From Desulfocapsa sulfexigens DSM 10523 (GTDB lineage: Bacteria; Desulfobacterota; Desulfobulbia; Desulfobulbales; Desulfocapsaceae): 32,000 nucleotides of DNA. Each line of letters begins with the position of its first letter. Position 1 is the first letter of the stretch. The position numbers and the translations under genes were made by a program. Where the stretch lies: the NCBI RefSeq assembly GCF_000341395.1, contig NC_020304.1, positions 1,560,001-1,592,000 on the forward strand, written 5' to 3'. Below are positions 8,991-15,966 of the stretch, piece by piece. The notes beneath the pieces are model-generated. The model did not search any database and had not been told where the DNA came from. It worked only from the letters and a program-made list of their open reading frames with translations.

Positions 8991-9854
8991 TTATAGGCCG
9001 CAGAGCATGTAGCCCAGGATTGGCTGGCATTTGTTTTTGCAGCCAGGATAGAACACTTTGTGGAATCGTGTAGAAGATTTGCTTTCCCTGCCAAAGTAGA
9101 ATTCAGTCAGTCCGAGAGGCGTAAGCCTTTTTTGGGCGGCGGCGTGGAGGAGTTTTGGGGCGCAGCAGTCGCCGGTGCCGGTCGGGATACCGCGGTCTTC
9201 ATAAAAGACATTCAGGATGGAACGCTGATTCCCTTTGAAGTTTTGGAGTTGATAGAGATCCAGAAAGACATTCATCATGGATTGGGAATATGTTCTTCGG
9301 TTTTTCTTTGCAAGGTCGAGCGCTTTCAAGGCCGCCTTCATCTGCCGGCGCCAGTCTTTTTGTGTCGCACGACCACCAGAACCCATGGCTTCTTCGAATT
9401 TGCATCTACAATGGTCTGATTGTTGTTTGCAGGACTCAATATCGGCAGTCATTTGCTCGATCGCCGACTCGATTTTTGCCATAAGCTGTGAGTATCCAGC
9501 CAGGTCAAAGGTCGGTGACACCCAGCCCTCTGCCTGCCAGCGTGTATTAAACTGTCCAGAAAATGCTCGAAGCACTACGGTGTTCCCATCACCATCAACA
9601 CATTCCAAAACCCCAAACATCTGTCCGCCTCTTTTTCCCCAGAGGCAGTCTGTGGAGAATAGTGGCTCCGGATCTGGTCGGTGAAAGTCAATCCGTTTGT
9701 TCTCCTCGAGTTCTGCCATCAGCTCAAGCGCATATCTGCGGCTGTTTCCCTCCGTCAGATAATGAACCTCATCGCAATCGGGACAATACCCGTAGCAGGT
9801 TGCGTCGTTGGGAAGTGCATCAATCAAATAATTTATATCGGCACTGTTTTTCAT
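8991..9854 (-). CDS. Cys-rich protein of unknown function, RluA-associated (possible zinc-binding, deaminase-fold-like module)
   Basis: A 287-aa ORF starting 5 nt after the RluA stop. Motifs are CYGYCPDC, QMFGVLECVDGDGNTVVLRAFSG, a charged helical insert, GDCCAPKLL and YPGCKNKCQPILGYML. No named family is recognised with certainty. Confidence 0.75.
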   Translation of the reverse strand: MKNSADINYLIDALPNDATCYGYCPDCDEVHYLTEGNSRRYALELMAELEENKRIDFHRPDPEPLFSTDCLWGKRGGQMFGVLECVDGDGNTVVLRAFSGQFNTRWQAEGWVSPTFDLAGYSQLMAKIESAIEQMTADIESCKQQSDHCRCKFEEAMGSGGRATQKDWRRQMKAALKALDLAKKNRRTYSQSMMNVFLDLYQLQNFKGNQRSILNVFYEDRGIPTGTGDCCAPKLLHAAAQKRLTPLGLTEFYFGRESKSSTRFHKVFYPGCKNKCQPILGYMLCGL

Positions 9855-9859
9855 GGCAA

Positions 9860-10516
9860 TTAGAAGAGAGGTTCAGAGTAAAATTCGAGTCTCTTACCAC
9901 TCCTGGGGTGAGCAAAGGAAAGGAAACAGGCATGTAGTTTCAGTAATCCAGGGCCGGTTCCAGTTCCGTAGAGCGGATCGCCGACAATAGGTATTCCGAG
10001 ACCATGTTCAGAAGCGGCGTGAACCCTCAGCTGATGGGTTCTTCCGGTGAGAGGTGTGAACTCGATTCGTGTTTTACCATCTTGTACCAGAAGCTTTTTC
10101 CAGTGGGTAATTCCTATTTTTCCGTGAACCGGATCGTAAATCTGATGCGGTCTATTATCAATGTCGAGGCGGAAAGGAAGTTCGACGACACCTTCACTGC
10201 CATCTAATTCGCCATCGAGAATGGCGATATAGCGTTTATGTACCTCGCGCTCCTGAAATTGAATAGAGAGGTTGCGATGTACTTCTTTGGTTCGCGCGAC
10301 CACCAACAGTCCCGAGGTGTCCATATCGAGGCGGTGGACCGAGGGCTGTTCGATGCAGCCCGGATACAATGCTTTTACCCGCTCGCTGACACAATCCAGG
10401 TTTTCCGAACCACGACCGGGAACCGAGAGCAGCCCACTGGACTTTACTACCACGATAAATTCGGGTTCTTCATACATTACCTGCATTGTTTTCATCGATA
10501 ATTCACCTTTGTACAT
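9860..10516 (-). CDS. RluA-family pseudouridine synthase
   Basis: It has the catalytic motif HRLDMDTSGLLVVA, the N-terminal EPEFIVVVKSSGLLSVPGRG and the C-terminal TGRTHQLRVH. The internal ATG at 10495 (MKTMQV...) has a better SD (AAGGTGA) than the ATG at 10516. Confidence 0.9.
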   Translation of the reverse strand: MYKGELSMKTMQVMYEEPEFIVVVKSSGLLSVPGRGSENLDCVSERVKALYPGCIEQPSVHRLDMDTSGLLVVARTKEVHRNLSIQFQEREVHKRYIAILDGELDGSEGVVELPFRLDIDNRPHQIYDPVHGKIGITHWKKLLVQDGKTRIEFTPLTGRTHQLRVHAASEHGLGIPIVGDPLYGTGTGPGLLKLHACFLSFAHPRSGKRLEFYSEPLF

Positions 10517-10566
10517 CCGAAAAAAGAAGAATCATGATTCCCCTGATTTTTCGATAATGCGTTATT

Positions 10567-12024
10567 CTATAATAACGATCTATCCACTGACGCAAGTGGC
10601 ATCTGAAGGATGGGTTCAAAAAGAGAAAATCTGCGGGGAAACATCATTCTGACGACGATCCGGTTGACAGGGGCAGCATCATTTCCGATCTCAATCGTAC
10701 CCTGGTGGAGTTCTACTATCCGTTTAACAATGGTTAAACCAAGCCCAGATCCACCAAGGGCAGTGGACCGTGATTTCTCAACCCGATAAAACTGGCTGAA
10801 GAGCTGTTTCAGTGCATCCTCGGGAATCGTTTTGCCCGTGTTTGATAACTCCATTATAATGCTGTTGTCTTTTCGCCGAAGAGAAAAACGAATTTCACCG
10901 TTCGTTTCAATGTTATACTTGATGGCGTTGTCAATCAGATTGATCAGAACTCTCCGCATTTTCTCAGTATCCACAGGGAGACGGATAGCATCTTCCATAT
11001 CCAGTAAAAGGCGTATCCCAGCACTTTGAATGATCTCGTTAAATTCCTTGAAAACCGATCTTGCCAACTCCGTCAAATCAGTGAGTTTCGAATCAAGAGT
11101 TTCATTGCGTTCAAGGGCCGACAGATCAAGGAGATTTTTCACCAGTTGATTCATGCGAAGGGTAACACCGGACTGGGCTACCAGTTTCTGTCTGAAACTC
11201 TCCGGCAGGTCATTGCGTTGCACTGCCTCGTCAAAAAAGAGCCGCTGTAAGGCAATTGGAGTTTTTAATTCATGGGAAGCATTAGCGATGAACTCTTTCT
11301 GTTTCTTGAAAGAGAACTGTAAGCGGTCAAACATCTGATTCAGAGACGAAGAAAGAGCATAAAGTTCATCCTTATTCCTGCCCAGTGGAATCCTTTGATC
11401 CAAGGTTTTTTCACTGATTTCCCGAGCCAGGCTATTAATGGCTGAGATTGGCTGGAGAATCTTACCGGCGACAAAATATCCAAACAGAAGCAGAGCCAAC
11501 GTGAAAAAAACAAGTCCGATTCCAATGGCAATAACCAGTTCGAGGATCTCTTCCCAGAGTTTTTCTATTGGTCTTGCAATCTGAACCAGATAGTTTTCTC
11601 CCTCGAAAAGAATAGTGGCGACGCGGACCCGAAAGGTAACCTTATTACTTTCATCCTGTTCAAGGGAGGTTGCTTCCAGCGGAACTGTCGTATGGATATT
11701 GTACCGTTTGTCATTTCCCTTCAACGGGATATCCACAAACTGGGTCATGTTGGAGGCGAAGATGCAATTTTGTTTGTGGTCAAAGACCTTGAACCAGTAC
11801 AGTTTGCCCAGTGAAAGCAGCATGCTTGTATCTGATGGGGCCGTCAGGCTGCCGTTTTGGGGAGAGAGGCCGGCAAGAATGGTATGCGCTTGGCTGTCCA
11901 GCTCTTTATCCAATAGTTCAAAAGGCTGTTCAGTCAGTTCGTAGGAGATGACAATGGAAAAAAGGAGTGCAGCGAGCAGCCCGGCACCTGTTATCCAGAG
12001 GGTGATCTTGTTGCGGATTTTCAC
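10567..12024 (-). CDS. Sensor histidine kinase (2 TM, periplasmic loop, HAMP, HisKA, HATPase_c)
   Basis: It has the H-box ANASHELKTPIA, the N-box LINLIDNAIKY and the G-box GGSGLGLTIVKRIVELHQG. The GTG start overlaps the RR stop (GTGA). Confidence 0.9.
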   Translation of the reverse strand: MKIRNKITLWITGAGLLAALLFSIVISYELTEQPFELLDKELDSQAHTILAGLSPQNGSLTAPSDTSMLLSLGKLYWFKVFDHKQNCIFASNMTQFVDIPLKGNDKRYNIHTTVPLEATSLEQDESNKVTFRVRVATILFEGENYLVQIARPIEKLWEEILELVIAIGIGLVFFTLALLLFGYFVAGKILQPISAINSLAREISEKTLDQRIPLGRNKDELYALSSSLNQMFDRLQFSFKKQKEFIANASHELKTPIALQRLFFDEAVQRNDLPESFRQKLVAQSGVTLRMNQLVKNLLDLSALERNETLDSKLTDLTELARSVFKEFNEIIQSAGIRLLLDMEDAIRLPVDTEKMRRVLINLIDNAIKYNIETNGEIRFSLRRKDNSIIMELSNTGKTIPEDALKQLFSQFYRVEKSRSTALGGSGLGLTIVKRIVELHQGTIEIGNDAAPVNRIVVRMMFPRRFSLFEPILQMPLASVDRSLL

Positions 12025-12701
12025 TTGTCGTCATCCTTGATTATATAGCCAACACCCCGAACGGTACGAATAATCTGCCCCTTAGAATCATCAATTTTTT
12101 TTCGTAGATTTTTGATATGTACATCTATAGAATTGGACATGGTCCAGGGATCAAATTCATCTCCCCAGACATGTTCAGCGATGCTTACGCGTGATATCGC
12201 CCTGTTTATATTGTACATCAAGAACTCAAGAATTGAGAATTCTTTTAGCGTCAGTTCAATCAGTTGCCCGTCCTTATGGACCTCTCTTTTAGCAGGGTCC
12301 AGGGTGATAGTATTAACCTCCAGGACTGGTGAGACAAGCTCGTTGCTGCGTCGTAACAGAGCACGCATCCTTGCCAGGAGTTCTTCCATGGAAAAGGGCT
12401 TGGCCAGGTAGTCATCCGCCCCCATATCCAACCCTTTGATCTTATCCTCGATCGCTCCTTTGGCCGTCAACATCAGGACCGGAGTGGAGTTCTTTTCGTC
12501 ACGGAGCTCGAAGAGTACTCCAAAGCCGTCCCTTTTGGGGAGCATTATATCCAGTAAGATAAGGTCATAGGGCTCAACATATATTTTTTCCAGGGCCTCC
12601 TCTCCGTCAAATGCCGTATCAACGGTGTATTTCTGCTGGGTCAGGGCGAGCCGGATCTGTTCAACCAGGTTCTCTTCGTCGTCAACAATGAGAATTCTCA
12701 T
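12021..12701 (-). CDS. OmpR/PhoB-family response regulator
   Basis: The receiver domain shows MRILIVDDE...DLILLDIMLPKRDG...LTAKG. The winged helix shows LTLKEFSILEFL...RTVRGVGYIIK. An AAGGA SD sits 6 nt upstream of the ATG. Confidence 0.95.
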   Translation of the reverse strand: MRILIVDDEENLVEQIRLALTQQKYTVDTAFDGEEALEKIYVEPYDLILLDIMLPKRDGFGVLFELRDEKNSTPVLMLTAKGAIEDKIKGLDMGADDYLAKPFSMEELLARMRALLRRSNELVSPVLEVNTITLDPAKREVHKDGQLIELTLKEFSILEFLMYNINRAISRVSIAEHVWGDEFDPWTMSNSIDVHIKNLRKKIDDSKGQIIRTVRGVGYIIKDDDK

Positions 12702-12731
12702 GTTTTTCCTTCAGGCGGTTTGCATTATGAG

Positions 12732-12986
12732 CTAATTCCAGCGAGCGCGATTCATCACTTTTGTGAGTGGATCAGGAGCATACAATAAAATCGCACCGTA
12801 TTCTAGCACCCTTTTATGAGGAAACGGTGAAGACTGCAGGGATACCATTGCCTGATTATCATCAAAACTCAGCTTTGCAACCCGGATCTGTTCCGTATCG
12901 ATTATATGGGACGCCATAAACCCATCCCTGGGGGCTCTGCTGCGGCCGTCCAGGCTGCAGATGCCCATATACTCAACATGAAACAA
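12732..12986 (-). CDS. Doubtful 84-aa ORF upstream of the response regulator
   Basis: This is the only ORF of 60 aa or more in the 500-nt divergent intergenic region. It has a TTG start with the SD directly abutting it (no spacer), and no recognisable family. A 25-codon ORF in another frame fits the SD better (see findings). Confidence 0.2.
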   Translation of the reverse strand: MFHVEYMGICSLDGRSRAPRDGFMASHIIDTEQIRVAKLSFDDNQAMVSLQSSPFPHKRVLEYGAILLYAPDPLTKVMNRARWN

Positions 12987-13057
12987 CTCCTCCTCAGACG
13001 GGTAGGCTGAGGATTAGTGGTAATCAGGTACCATTTTGTTGCTCTAACCGGTGGACA

Positions 13058-13077
13058 TCTTCATCTGTTCTTCATCT
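13058..13077 (+). promoter_or_regulatory. Tandem direct repeat TCTTCATCT-gt-TCTTCATCT (11-bp phasing); candidate OmpR-family RR box upstream of eptA
   Basis: Perfect 9-mers at 13058-13066 and 13069-13077. A TATAAA -10-like hexamer at 13086-13091 lies 8 nt downstream, so the repeat occupies the -35 position. Confidence 0.4.
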
Positions 13078-13204
13078 TCCCCTGTTATAAAGCTATTTAT
13101 TAATTTCCGCGAAGGATGCCAGTAGTAATGATTGGTTGTCATTCCTTTCCATTTACCTCAGCTTGGCGGGGCGCAGAAACTGGCATTAAGGATAGGGGGC
13201 AATA

Positions 13205-14929
13205 GTGTACAACAATATTTCGGTGAACAGAGGAATGCGAGTATTCAAAGGAGTGTTTGGCATCTATTCCGGGAAAAAAGAGGTCAGCGCGACAAAACTT
13301 ATTATTTCCACGGCCCTGTTTTTTGTGCTCTTCGGCAATATTGCTTTTTTTCAACACGTTTTCAGTATTTACCCGATCTCTTTTCAGAATATTGGCTTTC
13401 TTGGCTCCTTGGCTGTAGGTCTCACAGCCATATTGACTCTTTTTCTTACTCTGATAACGTCAAGATATACCATAAAACCTACACTGGTGATTCTGCTGAT
13501 CATTTCCTCCTTTACTGCCTACTTTATGGATAATTATAATGTGGTCATAGATGACATTATGATCCAGAGTATATTGGAGACGGACTTATCAGAAACATCC
13601 GATCTGGCAAGCTGGAGAGTTCTCTCTTATCTCCTCCTCCTTGGTGTGCTCCCCAGCCTGCTTGTTCAACGAGTGAAACTTGTTTCTCTTCCATTGAAAA
13701 AAACTGTTCTGTACAAGGCAAGAGATTGTGTTGTTTCCATACTGATATTAACTGTCATGATCTTCAGTTTCAGTAAGTTTTACACCTCATTTTTCAGGGA
13801 ACATAAACCGCTTCGCTATTATACCAATCCCTCCTATTACCTCTATTCCATAGGAAAATACGCTGCAGACATTCTTAGCCCCCAGGAAACTGGCGTGATG
13901 CCATTGGGGAAGGATGCCCAAGTTGTTAAGAGGCATGGTGAAGAACGCAACGACCGTAAAGAACTTGTGATTTTGGTGGTAGGGGAAGCCGTAAGGGCTG
14001 ATCACTTCTCCTTAAACGGCTATGAAAGAGAGACGAATCCACTGCTGGCACAGGAAAAAATAGTGAATTTCAGTGAAATGTATTCCTGTGGAACATCAAC
14101 TGCATACTCTGTTCCCTGTATGTTTTCTCATTACAACAGGAAGGACTATTCTCCCAGGAAAGGGAGGACAAATGAAAATATTCTCGATGTGTTGAACCAC
14201 ACAGATGCCATCGATGTTTTATGGAGAGACAATAATTCCGATTCGAAGGGTGTTGCTTTGCGGGTTCCCTATGAAGATTATTCAAAACCTGAAAACAACT
14301 CTGTCTGTTCAGATGGTGAGTGCAGAGACGAAGGAATGCTGGCCGGCCTTGATCATTACATAGACCAGCATCCTGGAAGAGACATTTTAATCGTGCTTCA
14401 TCAAATGGGAAATCATGGGCCAGCCTATTACAAAAGGTATCCGGAAGAATTTGAGAAGTTCCAACCGGTCTGCAGGACAAACCAGCTGGAAGAATGCACG
14501 CAGCAGGAAATCGTCAACGCCTATGATAATACACTGTTGTACACAGACTATTTTCTGTCCAAGGTGATTGGGTTATTAAAAGGATATGACAAAAGTCATA
14601 ATACTGCCATGCTTTATTTTAGTGATCATGGCGAGAGTCTTGGGGAAAAGGGGTTATATTTACACGGTATGCCATATGCTGTTGCGCCGGAAGCTCAGAC
14701 TCACATTGGTTCTTTAATGTGGTTTGGAGATGAGATTCGGGAGAAGATTGATGTGGAGAAGGTCAAAAAACACAAGGATCAACGATACAGTCATGACAAT
14801 CTGTTTCACACCCTGCTCGGTATCTTCGAGGTCGAGACGGGGGTGTACAATAACGAGCTGGATATTTTGTATAACCCAAGTTTTGGACTTGATTTGATTG
14901 GCGGTAATATCAGGACTATGTCGAAATAA
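13205..14929 (+). CDS. eptA: Phosphoethanolamine--lipid A transferase (EptA/PmrC/MCR family)
   Basis: N-terminal TM helices are followed by a sulfatase-fold domain whose motifs are nearly identical to MCR-1: VVGEAVRADH, SCGTSTAYSVPCMFS, LWRDNNSDSKGV, LHQMGNHGPAYYKRYPEEFEKFQPVC, NAYDNTLLYTDYF, YFSDHGESLGEKGLYLHGMP. The start is either GTG 13205 or ATG 13235. Confidence 0.93.
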   Translation: MYNNISVNRGMRVFKGVFGIYSGKKEVSATKLIISTALFFVLFGNIAFFQHVFSIYPISFQNIGFLGSLAVGLTAILTLFLTLITSRYTIKPTLVILLIISSFTAYFMDNYNVVIDDIMIQSILETDLSETSDLASWRVLSYLLLLGVLPSLLVQRVKLVSLPLKKTVLYKARDCVVSILILTVMIFSFSKFYTSFFREHKPLRYYTNPSYYLYSIGKYAADILSPQETGVMPLGKDAQVVKRHGEERNDRKELVILVVGEAVRADHFSLNGYERETNPLLAQEKIVNFSEMYSCGTSTAYSVPCMFSHYNRKDYSPRKGRTNENILDVLNHTDAIDVLWRDNNSDSKGVALRVPYEDYSKPENNSVCSDGECRDEGMLAGLDHYIDQHPGRDILIVLHQMGNHGPAYYKRYPEEFEKFQPVCRTNQLEECTQQEIVNAYDNTLLYTDYFLSKVIGLLKGYDKSHNTAMLYFSDHGESLGEKGLYLHGMPYAVAPEAQTHIGSLMWFGDEIREKIDVEKVKKHKDQRYSHDNLFHTLLGIFEVETGVYNNELDILYNPSFGLDLIGGNIRTMSK

Positions 14930-14960
14930 CCGTTGGCTGGTCTGGAGTAAATCAACAGCA

Positions 14961-15674
14961 ATGTCCACAAGTGCTATCAACAAACAGACCTTTCCGTTTA
15001 TACTCTTTCTTCCCTTTCTTCTCGTCGCACTTAGTGTTGCGTTTGAATATAGCGGTCTGGATCTCTGGTGGGTATCCCTGTTTTTTGATTCAGACAAGCA
15101 ACTCTGGCCTTATCGTAATCATTGGTTATTTGAAGATATTCTCCACTCTGGAGGACAATTGTTTGATAAGGTTTTTGCCCTTATCTGGTTGCTTTCCTTT
15201 ATTGGTATCAATTTCAAAAAAGAGCTCGTCCAGTATCGAAAGATACTTTTATATTTTCTTCTTGCCAGTGCCGCTGCTCCAGCTCTTGTCGGTATAGGCA
15301 AAAACATGACCCATATTTATTCTCCCTGGGATCTGCAGGTATTTAACGGTGTCCTCCCCTATATCAGGTTGTTTGATCCTGTGCCAGCTGGTGCCCCGAT
15401 CGGGAATGCTTTTCCGGCTGGGCACGCATCCGGTGGCTACTGCTTTCTCAGTTTGTATTTCGTATTTCTCAGATATCGCTCTCCTTACAGGATCTATGGA
15501 CTCGTGTTTTCTTTGGTCATAGGGCTAGCCTTTGGTATAGCCCAGCAAGTCAGAGGTGCCCATTTCCCAAGTCATGATATGGTGACTATCTTGATCTGCT
15601 GGCATACATCCCTTGCTCTTTATCTTCTTTTCTATCCAGACGAATGGCGGTTTCTCTCAAGCCGCTGCCCCTGA
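14961..15674 (+). CDS. PAP2-family membrane phosphatase (lipid phosphate phosphatase-like)
   Basis: It is multi-TM with variant PAP2 motifs: KNMTHIYSPWDL, FPAGHASGG and VRGAHFPSHD. ATG 14961 avoids the 32-nt overlap with eptA that the ORF-track start at 14898 implies. Confidence 0.85.
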   Translation: MSTSAINKQTFPFILFLPFLLVALSVAFEYSGLDLWWVSLFFDSDKQLWPYRNHWLFEDILHSGGQLFDKVFALIWLLSFIGINFKKELVQYRKILLYFLLASAAAPALVGIGKNMTHIYSPWDLQVFNGVLPYIRLFDPVPAGAPIGNAFPAGHASGGYCFLSLYFVFLRYRSPYRIYGLVFSLVIGLAFGIAQQVRGAHFPSHDMVTILICWHTSLALYLLFYPDEWRFLSSRCP

Positions 15675-15923
15675 GAGATCTCAGGTATCCAACTACCCAC
15701 CTGCCATTTTGTTCCATATCGCTTCCTGTAGTGTGAAAAACGGTGCTTGGGAACATTTCTTATGTTAGTAATACGCTCATTAGCAGTGCGCCGCAACTGT
15801 AAGTATAGGCAACTGTCATAGCCATGAATGTCAAACTAAAAGGTATCAAAGAAAATAGTACCAGTATTTATATGGAAGCACTTAATAAGCTGTTTTCTCG
15901 CCAAGTTTTCTGTTGGCATTTGT

Positions 15924-15934
15924 CCCCCCCCCCC
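15924..15934 (+). repeat. Homopolymeric C11 tract in the promoter region of the downstream sensor gene
   Basis: There are 11 consecutive C residues, 33-43 nt upstream of ATG 15967. They lie within the 17-nt spacer of a candidate TTGTCC(15920-15925)/CATAAT(15943-15948) promoter. Confidence 0.9.
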
Positions 15935-15966
15935 TCACTTCCCATAATCGTATTTAAGGCCTGTGT

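Noticed and set aside
13132-13533. 133-aa plus-strand ORF at the 5' end of eptA
   Set aside because: It is out of frame with the strongly supported EptA/MCR-like ORF, whose TM region it overlaps. It is a shadow ORF.
14898-14960. ORF-track start (ATG 14898) for the PAP2 gene, overlapping eptA by 32 nt
   Set aside because: The first 21 codons are non-hydrophobic filler inside eptA. ATG 14961 gives a normal N-terminus that leads straight into the first TM helix. I used 14961, but the upstream start cannot be excluded.
15913-15930. Possible sigma-54 promoter (TTGGCAT...) upstream of the heme-c sensor gene
   Set aside because: The GG is present, but the required GC of the -12 element (TTGC, 10-11 nt downstream) falls inside the C tract. 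The spacing to the only TTGT is wrong, and no bEBP is encoded nearby.
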